A DNA stretch of 64,000 bases, from positions 6,448,001 through 6,512,000 of the forward strand of contig CM022667.1 in assembly GCA_012295275.1 (NCBI GenBank), written 5' to 3'. The stretch comes from Chrysomallon squamiferum (Eukaryota > Animalia > Mollusca). Shown here piece after piece: positions 13,219 through 26,724 of the stretch; the stretch's first letter is position 1, and the number at the start of each line of letters is the position of its first letter. Made by a program: the position numbers and the translations under genes. The notes under the pieces are model-generated. The model saw only the letters and a list, made by a program, of their open reading frames with translations. It ran no database searches and was not told the origin of the DNA.

Positions 13219-13750
13219 AACATGCTGATTATGTAAAATATGCATTCATAAAAATTACAAAAGTATTTTAAAAATATCTAAATAATGTTATTCCTTTTAG
13301 ACAAAAGTTGAAAACTGTATATATTTAAGAAATATAAAGTAAAAGACATAGACAAAAAATAAAATTATGCATTCTGTACTGATGTGAATATCACAAAGGA
13401 TGAAAATAAGAAATTTCTGAAAAAATGCTGCTGAGAATTATTAATTCAATTACAGAGATTTAACAATTAAAACTAGAAATATCTACATGTATCCATCCTG
13501 ATAGTATTATGAAAAAGTAACAGTAAAAAAAATTATAAAACTTGTGTAAAACAAAAATTAAGAACTGACAGATAACTACTGAAAAGGGTTCACAATGGAC
13601 AAATAATTTCAAATTTGGAAAAATCTATTTATACAAGATTATAAGGAGGTAGCTATCGTGAGTCAGAATAAAAGTAAAATAATTTTCACAGTTGATAGGC
13701 AATCAAGATTGAGCTTCAAGAAGATTTTTTAACAGTTTCTGTAAATTTAC

Positions 13751-13826
13751 CTGAATACGCAACACTTTTCAAGAACAACACGACTAAAATCAGTTTCTTA
13801 TCGACAGCAGAAAATATCGCAGACAT
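13751..13826 (-). pseudogene. Orphan C-type leader exon MSAIFSAVDKKLILVVLFLKSVAYSG (gene fragment C')
   Basis: ~13730-14140 closely copies ~34535-34945 (gene C leader and upstream region); no downstream exons before the 3' UTR of gene A. Confidence 0.75.
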
Positions 13827-16113
13827 AATTTATTAACTGTAAACAGTGAAAATGTTTCAGATACAAAATCCCGTTCTGAGAAGAATCGAAGCTTTCACTT
13901 GCTGTAAACTTCCTCGTTTGTTTCTGTCAACAATGCGTACTTTTATCCTGATTTAATTAATGCAGTAAGATTCCATTATAGATTTAAATTAAAGTTACAG
14001 TATTATAGTGACTAAATATCATACAAATCCTTGTTTTGATGTTTTATTAAATTACTGGCGATCATTTGATAGCACAGACTAACTCACAGCGAACTTCCAC
14101 TAAGTTTACAGTATTGAATATAAACTCTAAAACGAGGCTACGTGCTACCTCTGCTGTGTGTGGGTACAAAGTGTTATGTCCCGGGTGAGTGAGTGCTAAG
14201 CAGAGCGAGTTGTTGTGAAGCACGTCTGGGTCAGGCACGCTATTTAACAAAGACTTGAAATGTGTAAACTTGTATAAATTGTCCTGAAGCTAGTTCTAAG
14301 TCCCCGTACTCCTTAATCGCCTTAGACGTAGAGTGACAGGTGTGTGCAATCAAACGTTTAGAACAAACTAATTCTGTAACACAGATATTAGCGCTAAGAA
14401 CTTGTTTTACAGGTTATACTGGGACTGTTACAAAGTTTCATACTTAGGAGAATACTTCTTTATTTTTTATTTATTTATTTATTTTTATTTTATTGTGCTT
14501 GCTAGTTATTTAATTTAGGTATCAGTAAGCAGGAAGAAAATACAGGAATGTATAATTTAATTAAACACAAAGACAACTTTTAAACATTTTCATTAATTAC
14601 TAAATTAACATTTTAGTAAATCTGTATTGATACGAGAAAATCCGGTATTCTTCTTTTATTCTTATTCTTAGAAGTTAATAATTTATTAGTTACTGAATAC
14701 GAGCGTTATTTCTTTTATAACTGGTCAGTCTTTGTCCAGATTAATGTTTGTAAACAGCTCAGTAAACATCACAGCACCTGAAATGTAACTTTGACATATT
14801 ATGTAGAAATTGTTATGAAATTAAAATACTTGTAACTGAGACACTAATATATTTTTAACAAAGTTGTCTAGAAAGCATACTAGTGAAGGTTATTTAACGT
14901 TTATCTGCAATATATCTATAGAAATAGGTTACAGAAGTGGTCACTCTCGTCCTTCAGTTGAAATGAAATTTTTAGATTTTGTAATAAACAGCGCATTTTG
15001 GAAATTTAATAATTCCCTTTTATAGTGTAAAAATTCTGTTTTTACGGTGAAAGAAATTATTAAAGACACTGTAAAATAATAAATTCCTCCTGGCTTTCAT
15101 ACTCTATCTAATAGCGAACCTTTTTACCTAAAATTAAATATTACTGATCCGCTATTTTTCGAAATTGTAAGGATGGAAATACGAGGCGAAATACTTTTAA
15201 CTGAAGGTAAATGATTAATTTCAAAATATAATGATTATTCTAGCAAACAGAAATATAATATTAGCAGTAAGTGTTGTTTTTTGTTGTTGTTGTTTGTTTT
15301 CGTTCTTTTGGGGTTTTTTGTTTTGTTTTGCTGTTGTTGTTGTTTTTATTCAACAACTATTAGGACATCTTCACAACGTATAGTGATGACGCAGAATGGT
15401 TAGGATAGACATTAAATTACGACTGAAAGATATTTATGTTTTTAATTTATTTTTTTATTTTACAAATTAAAACAAAACAATATGGATACAAAGTAAAGAA
15501 TCAAGTTTGAACGGGTATTCGGTTTTCTGAAAAAGTTTAAAATTCAGATTTTGCTTTTATGTGGTAAACTTTACATACAAAAAAAAAAGTGTTAGATTTA
15601 GAGGTGAAGTGTTAAACAAATTTACAAAATATCGTTTACTGTTTCTGTCAGATATTAAACAACACTGATAATACATTTTATTTCTATACAATTTGATTAT
15701 CATTTCGATATTCAGAGAAGAATGGATTCTAGAGAATTTTAGCATTTAACTTATTCAGTTGACCACGTTAATTAATTATTTCGTGTAATTCCAGCTTAGT
15801 GAAAAGTTTGACAAAGCTAAATTTCGCTCCGTTTCTGAATTTCTACCAGAAGCAGAGTAACATATCGTAGTAAAATAACAATACGTTTATCTAAATTTAA
15901 AACACAGGAGAAATTCAACAACCTTACACACACATATCATCCCAACAAATGTCTAACAAAACATTTCTAGCAGCAAATTCATTTTATTTTCGCTGTAACC
16001 AGTTCATTTGCAGAAGCCCATTGTCTACAGCCTTTAGCATTTTCATAAAATATATATTACTCAAATCCAGCAGCTACTTGCTTGCAACATATTATTATTA
16101 TTATTATTATTAT

Positions 16114-16162
<49 letters not shown>

Positions 16163-16194
16163 TGTAGCAGTTGTAGTAGTTGTAGTAGTAAAGT

Positions 16195-16560
16195 GTGTGC
16201 GTTGTTGCTAGGATGGTTCTCTAGTTCTGCTACAGAGATGTTTCCTAGGATCTTGACACCTGACTCTGTTGTTGCTCTCATCTCCCGTATCTTGCTGATC
16301 AGACAGACAGACAGAACTAAATGTAACGTGCTAATCAGACAGACAGACAGACAGAACAAAATGTAACGTGCTACTCGGAGTGATAGGTACGCTGTCTGAC
16401 AAAGCCAGGGGTGTGTGTTCTGATCTGTATTTCAAGTCTTTTACTCAACTTTTTAACTTCCTTAGTTGACACATTTCTCTCTGACTCTGTGGTCATAACT
16501 ATGTGAAGGCAGGTCGTTTTCTTCTCATTCCTGACAATGATATTCTATGTAGGCATACTT
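16195..16560 (-). mobile_element. Decayed 3' fragment of an R4/Dong-type non-LTR retrotransposon (restriction-like endonuclease)
   Basis: Minus strand reads NIIVRNEKKTTCLHI..SERNVSTKEVKKLSK..LEIQI..ILGNISVAELE, ending at a (TAC/TAA)n tract; related to 36060-36380. Confidence 0.6.
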
Positions 16561-17273
16561 AGTGCTCCGATTACCCATAGAAGGAAAACTTTGTGATTTC
16601 AAAATAACAATAATATAGAAGAAAATCTGTGAAAACTGAGTTAATCTTTTAAAACATACATATTAAATACTTTACACATTTAATCTGCTACCTTAGTTAA
16701 TACTGAGAAAACTCAGATATAGTGAACACTCATTTCATCTGTCGTGAGAAAAACGATGTCATCAAATGACACGCATCATGTCGGAAAACACTGCTCTACT
16801 CTGATCAGTGACAGATTACCGTTGTTTGATATTATTCAATAAAAACAAAAACAAAAATGAGGTAACAACTTGTGATATATTTGTTGTTATGTTATTATTT
16901 TGTTATTTTTATTATCACGTACATTAGTTTTGTGACAAAATAATTATATGAATAAATTTAAAATAAATTCAATGAGTCATGTTGCATACCAACTTTCCTT
17001 GAAATTAAAATAATAATATTTATATTATGTTCATTATTCTAACTGAAATGGCATGATTACGATACGATACAGTTTGATAAGAAACAGTTCAAAGTTTATC
17101 TGTCGGTATTGCATAATAATTATAATAATTATAATGATCGACTGAACTAAACAGATGTTATAAATATTCGGATTATTTTACGTTACGTCAGTTCCAGATA
17201 GCCTACTACTTAGTTACTTCAAAGTATACTATAATACACACCGTCATATACCAAGTATGTTGTACTAGTTTAA

Positions 17274-17516
17274 CCTGTAATTATTATTAGATATCAGGTA
17301 TATCTATTGTTTTTAATATTACTGTTATTTTACATACTGTGTACTTGTTGTACATAAAGTCAAGTGTTTTAACAGCCTTACCTGTAATTATTGTTATTAT
17401 TTTAAGTTTTTATTCGATTTATCTATTGAAACAGTTTTACATTTGAAGATTTTACCTTTAACTACACTCACAAGAGAAATGAAGAGGATAACTCCACTGA
17501 AAACACTGATAACCAT
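17274..17516 (-). pseudogene. Truncated B-type gene fragment B': leader exon 17456-17516 (MVISVFSGVILFISLVSVVKG) plus acceptor repeats, no V exon
   Basis: 17456-17930 aligns by eye with 26664-27135; the acceptor-repeat remnant is at 17274-17390. Confidence 0.75.
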
Positions 17517-18933
17517 TGCAACCTAAACAAAAAGGATAAGTAAATAAGTAAATCAATAAATAAACTAACAGTAGTATCTGAGATTTAAGAAACTTTATAA
17601 CAGTTTATAACAGACCACGATTTTTTCAAATATATGTTAGTTCACTCAGTATTATATTTGTAGAATACATATTAGAAAATGAATATCTCTTTAGTTGTTT
17701 ATCGTTTTAACATTTACTCCTGTTCCGATAGTATTAAACAACATGACATTAGGGATACCTAAATTTCATACCCACATTAACCCCAAAGTATTATGATAAA
17801 TTATACAAGATACAGATATTCCTTTTAAGTTTTTACTTCTTTTTTATTATCTCTCTCCTTTTGTAAGACACTGTAGGGTCACAATTTTATAAATCTAAAC
17901 GGAAGGAAACGCTGCTGTCACACAATTTTTTCAGGTACCAACATTGCCTTATCACAGAGAAGAAAATACATACCAGGACTTCTGAAAACTTGTCATCGAG
18001 TCTACGAGAAACAAACGCAATGATAGGGAGAATCTATGAGAACTGGAATATATTTATATTTATTTTTTCAAAATTATCGTTGGAATCAGCGCCCTAGTCG
18101 GCTGTCTAGTTTGCAAAAAACGTAATGTTTTCTAAATCAGATTATTTCTTTACAACATAAATATAAGTCAAAGCTAAAGCAAACTGTTAAGAAATCAGCA
18201 CAAGAACACACTGTACATAATTTATTACGTGGAGAAGTAGTGCAGTAGGGTTACTTTGTAATCTGTTTGTGATTTTGTAGAACATCATGCCAACTTTCCT
18301 CTGCTACAATTTCCTAATTTATAGCCAGTGTGAATGTCAGGTTTACTACGTGATCTAATTTTACCCACACATTTTGCCCATTTCTCTTATAATTCCTCAC
18401 AAGTTTTAACTGAACTTTTTAAATTATTATAATTTTAATAGGAATTCTTACGTAAAAATAGAAATGAATTATGATAAAACTTGAATGTTTAGACAAGTAA
18501 TTAATGAGCATATTCTGTTCTGTTTATTAATTACTATGCACATTATGTGTTTTTATTTTATTTTAACGTTAGCATATCTATATATAATTCAAATGGTGAT
18601 AAACAGTTGATATGGTATTTATGTTTATAAAATACATATCAATATTCAGATCAAGGTAAGAAATTAAAAGTATTTATATTACAGATTATACATGAAATCA
18701 TTCATTTCTTTCCTCTTTCATTCTACGTGACAGATCATAGATAAGATCATGAAGTGAAATGTAAAAAGAAAAATTCATTCATTTATTTATTTAGTTTATT
18801 TTCGTTTAATTTTCTCTTTTTATTACACTGTTTTCTTTTTATTATTTGTCTATCACTCACTGTTCTGTCACATATAGATTCTCTTTATTTGAAATTACAT
18901 AATAAAGCCGTGTACTAATATATTTCTGTATAA

Positions 18934-19265
<332 letters not shown>

Positions 19266-19385
19266 ATAGATGTTACTTAATCTGAAAATATCCTCAAATA
19301 TCAGACATTACTTCAGTGTCATTCACATCACTGTTCTTTAAATAAACTAATATGAAATACAAGACACAAACAAAAAGTTCTGAAT

Positions 19386-19495
19386 TCAACCTGTGACTTG
19401 TGAGTTTTCATAGACAGTGAGTACTGAGTATGGTGAGTCTTTTCTAGCTTCCAATGATGAGTAATTGTTTGTAGTATCTGTGTTTCTGTCAGAAT
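19386..19495 (-). CDS. Gene B last exon DSDRNTDTTNNYSSLEARKDSPYSVLTVYENSQVTG* (ITAM + YEN)
   Basis: tttcag acceptor, phase 1; paralogous exon in gene C at 28146-28249. Confidence 0.8.
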
Positions 19496-20894
19496 CTGAA
19501 ACATAATATTGATTATACAGTTACACAGAATATAATTATACTAGTAGTTGTAACAGTATAAAAAAGTAAAACAGTAAGTAACACAGTTTCTTCTCGCTGT
19601 ACCTGAGATCACATGTGTTGTGTTATTTTATTTTATTTGTTTGTTGTTGCTTTTTTAATTCTCACAAATTACATTTCGTCAGCAAATTAAAAACAAAAAA
19701 TGTTAACATAAAACTTAAACAATGTATACTTCTACTGATCATTTTCCTTTATTTAAAAAATATCAGCTAAATCATAAAAACAAATGAAGTGTAAACATTT
19801 ATGTTTACTATTATTTTTTTTTTATTTGTTGTTGTAGATTTACCCCTTTATTCTTTACAACAGTTCCTGATCAAATCCTTCATATGTTAGTCATATAATA
19901 TTACAACACTAAAATAAGTCTTTGTATTTTAGGTATGTCTGAGTTATTCTGAAAACAAAGAAAGCAGACACAGCATGTCTCTGATTTAACAAAGCAGCAT
20001 CACAAAAACTCTTGAATCTGTTACACTTTGTATTTATATACTGACCTTGATTTTGTTGAAGATCGTCATAGAGAGATGATTCCTGTACTCCAGTGTTAAA
20101 CTGTCTGAAACAAACAAAAGATAGAGAACTCGAGAATTATTGAATTTTGGTTTATTTAATCTATTTCACATCTGTGTGTATGTACGTGCATGAATACCTA
20201 TGTGTGTATAGTTTTTCGTCCGTAATAATTTCTTTTCTTTTCCAAATACCCTTTTGACTAATTAAAATTATATCTATTTTTCAGTTAAAACGAAAACGAC
20301 TTAAACATTGTGTTTCTATTTCTTCGTCAAATTTTCCTAGCTTACCTTGATGTGTACGTGTTCTCACTTTTAGACTTTTCTAAAATAAAAATAAATCTTC
20401 AGAATATTAGAAATGCGAAATAATTCATTAATATTTCTTTATAAATGTTACTTTTTTATTTTGATAAACAAAATTTATAATATTCAAAATTTATATACAA
20501 CGAAGAAAAGAACATTATTCATTATTTCTTTTAATAATTTGTTCAGTGTACTTGTAAAGTTTACCTTTTCTCTTCCAGCAGAAAAAGAAAACGATTGCCC
20601 CAATGAAAATTTCTGTTCCCAGTACTATTCCAATTCCAATACCAATTCCTGTTCCTAGTAAACTATCTTTTTCTTGCGAAAATTCTGAAGATTAAAAAAA
20701 TGACAAAGAACGTGTAAATATCCTGTAAACTACACAGCAAGTTGGTTTCAGATATTACGTTTATAATTTAACTATCTATTAATCTGTATATATATATATA
20801 GATATATATATATACACACACACATATATATTTACGTATACACACAGCAAGTTGGTCTCAGATATTACGTTTATAATTTAACTATCTATTAATC

Positions 20895-20992
<98 letters not shown>

Positions 20993-22178
20993 CCTACACA
21001 AAAATATATTAAACAAATACCGTTTTAGCTGAAATTTACTATGATAAGAAGCAGGATACTTTTTATATAAACAATTACAAACACTCCAGTATAGTTGTTT
21101 ATTCGCTTTCTAAATTAATCACTTTTTAAATGAACGTTCTTTGTAGCACGAATGAGTTCGAAAACATGAATTCAGGTGTTTTTTTTTTTTTTCTTACCAT
21201 AGATGAAAAGATGCTGTTCATTCGTTGAGGTTTTGAATCCAAATTTATTAAAAGCTGAAACTCGAATCAGATATCTGGTGTTTGGTTGTAAACTAGAAAT
21301 CTCTGCTGTGTGATTTGTGTGAAGACCTTTTTCACCAAACTGTTCAGTGAGATTTGTCCAGTCAGATGTTGTGTCTGCTCGATACTGTACAAGAAATGTT
21401 TGTTGTGATCCTCCATTAAATTCTTCTGTCCAAGACATTGACACTGAATGTGGACCAGTGATCCAAATTCTCACATCAGAGGGAACAGTTGGAGGACCTT
21501 CAACTTTAAAACGTTACAAAATAGTGAAAAACAGAAAGTAGTGAACAATGAATTTTGTTTAAACACTATTGATATTATGCAATATCTATCTGCCTATTTT
21601 CAAATAAGGATATACATAATGATCAGAAAATCAGTATTTCAGACACAATTAAACGTTGCTATATTTTATCTCATAATATAAATGTAAACATCTGAAACTG
21701 TAACAGTAAGTCTAAGTAGATAATAAGTGTGTGTGGGATAAATATTTTCTATTCTAACTTTTTTTTACCTATTTGACTGAGAGATACTTGCAAGACAATA
21801 TCCTTCCTTGAACCTCCATTTGACACAGCAACCTGATAGATTCCAAAATCTTCTTGTTTGACATTTGTCAGTTTATATTCACCTACAGCAGACACATTGG
21901 TAGTGTTTACAGGTTGTGTAGATCCAAGACTTTTATTGTTTACATCTGTGAGTTTATACCAGGTAAATGTTGGAACTGGATTGGCAATCACAGAAATGTG
22001 TAGAGTTACATTTCCACCTTCGATAGAAGCAAATGTTTTCTGAACTGTAACTCGATGATCAAGTCTTGGTGAACCTGATAAAAGTCAAACTAGTGATTAC
22101 TTTTATCAATAAGCATTGTATCCAAAGAATTACTTGCACATATGATTATTTGTGTCAACAGTAAAATCTAGATACATT

Positions 22179-22209
<31 letters not shown>

Positions 22210-25200
22210 ATTGTAAAAAACCCACAACTAAAATAAATTATCAATAAATAAATAAATAAATAATAATAATAATACTTAAATGTTTTACTCTGTACACTGA
22301 CCATTAATTCTAGTTCAAGGTGACATTTCCGGTGAAATGTAAAGCGGAGAACATAACATAAAGAAAACTGATAGAAGCTGTTTAGTTTGATCCACTATTT
22401 GCAGGGAACTAGTAGGCCCCATCACATGTTTTTGACAAACATGTCAAACCTTGAAGTGTGACATTTCAGAAACTATTCATGCAAGGCAACACATATTTTG
22501 CATCTCTGATACAGAATAAACAAACCTACCAGTTACAGCAAGATCTGATTAACAAGTACAATTTGTAAGCATTCTCAGTTCATACAGTATTTTCACTGAT
22601 ATATTTGAAATATATGTGGATAATTCAGACAAGTTAAATGTCTTTTTTTTCTTCTTTTTGTTTACTTAGAAATATGTTTTAATGTTTACTAAAGAGACAT
22701 AAGGCTCATGCACAGTTTCATTTTATAGTTAATGTGTTACGATATGAAGGTAGCAGTGTATAGTTACTGTTCTTTTTTTTAAAGAAATTAAAATAATACA
22801 AGTAATGTTACAGCATTACGTACAAGTAACAACAAGCTGCACTCTTTGACTGACATCAGACTTGATGTTGTTTCCTGCTTCACAAGTGTAAAATCCTGTA
22901 TCCAGACATCCAGCTTCATTCCAGCTGTACTCCACTGACTTGGAGTTTTTCCCTTCACGTAGAATATGTGAGTTGTTTAACAGTTTGATGTGAGATGCTG
23001 GATTACTGTCAACTTCACATCTCAGAGACATATGAGTCAGTTCATCAACTGTTATCTTTGTAGACTTTAAGTTTAAAGTAAAAGATGTTATTGATGCCTG
23101 ATCTGTAAGAAATACAAAAGAATAGGATGTTTTGAATCAAAAACAATTCAGTATTAAGTAACAAGCTTTATATTCAGTAGTTTTAATCATTTATCTGTTG
23201 GGTTGCTAATTTATCATTTTAAATTTTGATACATAACATCATATTCTTTAGAAAAAAATAAAGAAGAAAAGACGGAAAGAAAAGGAAGGAAAAGAAAAAA
23301 GAAAATAATTGTATTATTAAAAAATTGTATTTGCTTTATTAAATAGCAAATCAAAATTTTTGTTCTGTATATAACTGAAATGTTTAGGAAAAGCACCAGG
23401 ATAGAATTTATGTTTAAGCAAAACAATAGAGTATCTAGATATCCCTCTTGCAAAACAAATTGTTTTGGAGTCAGTGAAAGAAAAATAATCAAATAATGAA
23501 GAAAAATAATGAAGAAAAGACTCAGCAGGTAATAAACTGATGAAGAATACTACTTCATAATATAGTAATGAATAGAATCTACATGAAAACTGCTGAAAAC
23601 CTGAACCGTTTTCTCAATCGGAAATAAATTTTAAAATGTCATAAAGTTATAATTATTTTATTTCTGCCTGCTTGTAAATGATTTTATAGGAAAATTAAAG
23701 AACAAAAAAACCAACAACAAAAAACCAACACCAACAAATAAACAAACAACTATATCAACAAATATATGTATATATATTTGTTGATTTTGTAAATATAAGT
23801 AATTTACATACATACATATATACCTACATACGTACATACATACTCAGTAAAAGAATAAATATGTAAGTTTGTAAAAATGTTAGTCGCTTTATACAAATTA
23901 CTTTCATTTGATATTGACTGACATATCTTAAAATGTAGATACATTATATAGTTATTTATTAAAGTTATTAATTTTTAAAACTAAACTCACACAGGACATC
24001 CAGTGTAACTGTTGTGTACTTTGATTTGTTTGAGTTTGTGTTGACAGCTGTACACGTGTAGACACCAGCCTGTGACTTGTCTACATCATTTAAAGTCAAC
24101 ACAGCACTTGTAGACTTTGTGTGAGTTTTAAACTTCCACGTGAAAGAACAAGATGTACGACAATCTGCTTCACACAACACAGCCACATCATCACCTTCCT
24201 GTGCTGTCAGTGCAGAACTCACGTTTACTTTTACTCTGTCTGGACCATCTAAAGTACAAATAAAGTATAATATGTAGTTTTGTGCTCTTTCTCTGAAAAA
24301 CTCTTTCATATTCATATGTCTTTGTATATTGTTTTTCATACAGAAAACTTGAATTTCTTACAACAGAAAACATATATCTTTTCGCGTTGTTTATTGATAA
24401 ATTGCATTATACATGAACATGAGGTTCAGTATAAATTTATATTAATCCATGTAGATGTGCGCGCGCTCGCGCACACGCACACACACACATACAAACACAC
24501 ACACACACGCATACATATGTAAATAAATAACAATGTTCTAGCTATACTTAGAGTAAACTAATCATATTTCTAAGGTTTGGGCGAATGCTCGTTGAAACCA
24601 GACAATGTTCTACAAATAAAACTTATTAAATTATACTCGCAGTATAAATCCTTTTCTAACAGATGTTCGTGTTCTATGAATTAACATTATTAAACTATAC
24701 TTACAGTGAACTGAGAGTTCAAACTGTTCAGATTTTTCCACTGATGTAGTCGGGTTGTTTGCTGTACATTTATATATTTCACCTGTCTGTTGTCTACTGA
24801 TGTGTGTCAGAGTTAACTGAGAAGCTGTAGAAAGTATTTGATTGTTGAGTGACCAGGAATAGGAACATGTAGGATTACAGAGAGATGTACAGGTAACTGT
24901 CAGTGTGTGACCTTCTACAACTGTACCAGGTGATGATGGACTCAGTCTGACACTGTCTGGACCATCTGAATGTACAAATGTGATAACTGTTTAAAAATTA
25001 CATTTGATTATATCATATAATTTATATTTCAGAATCTGTGATGCCTAAAACAAAAATATACTTCAGACTTTGCCCCTAAATTTAGGAGTTATAAGTCAGC
25101 ATTATAATTTTAGAAGTGTCTTGGTAGATATCAAAAGAACTGTTCTTTTGCCATTTAAATGTTAAAAAAGTTATTAATGTCTTAAGTTATTTTTTAAATT

Positions 25201-25446
25201 TAAATAAATTAAATAAACAAATAAATATATATAAATAAAAATAAAATAAAATAAAATAAAATAAGTAAACTCAAATATTTAAAAATTACCATCTTCACCA
25301 AAAGTGGAACAGCCGTCAAGATTCAATCTTTAGAAACGTAATTTCACAAAGTAGCCATTACTTAATTTTACTGGATGATGAGGAATAACATAACTCAAAT
25401 TTCTAATTATTATTTTTGTTTTATTTGATTATTACTATTTCGTCTT

Positions 25447-25477
<31 letters not shown>

Positions 25478-25729
25478 TTATTATTATTATTATTATTATT
25501 TTTATTATTTTTGTCATTATTATTATTATTATTTATTAATTACTTATTTGTTTATTTATTTTAATATATTGTATATAATTGAAGAGTTGAAGAATAGTAT
25601 CAAGAGTTCAATTAAAGACCTCAAGAGGTATCAACAACAAATGAGATACATAAACATATTTATGTGAAATATTATATGTTCAGAAATGTAACAAAATTAC
25701 ATACTGAACAAGAAATATAATTTAAAAAA

Positions 25730-25787
<58 letters not shown>

Positions 25788-26724
25788 TAAAAAAAAATCT
25801 TAACTTACATATTTTAGTCTTATTGCATGTAGATGGATTTCCATTAGCTCCATCCTGACAAGTCCATATTCCAAAGTCTGTTGCTGTGTTAAAAGACTGG
25901 ATAGTGAGAGTAATAGTCTGTGTTGTTGAGTCAATGTGAGCAGAGTAACCAGTGAAACCAGGAAACAGTCGACATTGAGTATTTTGTGTGTTACACTGAA
26001 CAACATTTTGTGATGATCCAGAATTAGGTCGAGAAAAGAGAATTCCACTTGTAACAGTACCACTAACTTTACACACCAACTGTGTACTGTGTCCTTGTTG
26101 TCCACCACCCATACACTCAAGTGTTGTAGTAGCATCACCTGTAATTATTATTAAATATCAGGTATATATATTATTTTTAATATTACAGTTATTTTACATT
26201 CTGAGTACTTGTTGTACATACAGTCAAGTGTTGTAGTAGCATCACCTGTAATTATTATTAAATATCAGGTTTGTATTAGCCTCACCTGTAATTATTATTA
26301 AATATCAGGTATATCTATTATTTTTAATATTACAGTTATTTTGCATACTGTGTACCTGTTGTACATACAGGCAAGTGTTGTAGTAGTCTCACCTGTAATT
26401 ATTATTAAACAGGTGCCAGATAAGTGTGTTATTTTTTATATCACATTGATTTGAAACCAAAATTATTCTGATATATATATTTAGTGGACAAAATAAGTGT
26501 TTAAAAAGTACACTGATCACGTGCTGCTTCTGCTTTCTCACTTGTTGAGAATATTAATCTAATTTTTGTGTTGTTCTTGTTGTTGTTTTCTTCATTTTAT
26601 CTTCTATTATAACATTTAAACACTTGAAGTTGTAGACGTTTGTCTGTGTGTCAGAGATTTTACCTTTAACTACACTCACGAGAGAAATGACGAGGATAAC
26701 TCCACTGAAGACTCTGAGAAACAT
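19386..26724 (-). CDS. Gene B: intact 705-aa Ig-superfamily receptor (leader, V-like Ig, 4 Ig, FN3, Glu-containing TM, ITAM tail)
   Basis: Exons 26724-26664, 26138-25809, 24965-24705, 24248-23991, 23102-22824, 22074-21769, 21497-21198, 20684-20565, 20379-20346, 20104-20046, 19495-19386; total 2118 nt, all GT-AG, no internal stop found. Confidence 0.88.
20565..20684 (-). CDS. Gene B transmembrane exon LLGTGIGIGIGIVLGTEIFIGAIVFFFCWKRK
   Basis: cttcag / gtaaac sites, 120 nt, hydrophobic stretch followed by KRK. Confidence 0.85.
21198..21497 (-). CDS. Gene B FN3 exon
   Basis: ORF 21172-21474; near identical to A/E except the last ~13 residues. Confidence 0.92.
21769..22074 (-). CDS. Gene B Ig domain 5 exon
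   Basis: ORF 21749-21991 plus upstream open frame; 306 nt. Confidence 0.92.
22824..23102 (-). CDS. Gene B Ig domain 4 exon
   Basis: 279 nt, open, LRCEVDSNP...GFYTC. Confidence 0.92.
23991..24248 (-). CDS. Gene B Ig domain 3 exon
   Basis: 258 nt within ORF 23968-24339. Confidence 0.92.
24705..24965 (-). CDS. Gene B Ig domain 2 exon
   Basis: Translated by hand (absent from the ORF track): YGPDSVRLSPSSPG...CNPTCSYSW...YKC, open, 261 nt. Confidence 0.9.
25809..26138 (-). CDS. Gene B V-like Ig exon (110 aa, 8 aa longer than A/E)
   Basis: ORF 25672-26112; the same 6 Cys; DFGIWTC. Confidence 0.9.
26139..26410 (-). repeat. Tandem copies of the V-exon acceptor plus exon start (gene B)
   Basis: cacctgtaattattatt on + with the CT at 26139, 26246, 26286, 26393. 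Confidence 0.9.

Noticed and set aside
20730-20910. ~60-bp direct duplication in a gene B intron (similar case at 54630-54785)
   Set aside because: Local slippage next to (TA)n; no functional signal.
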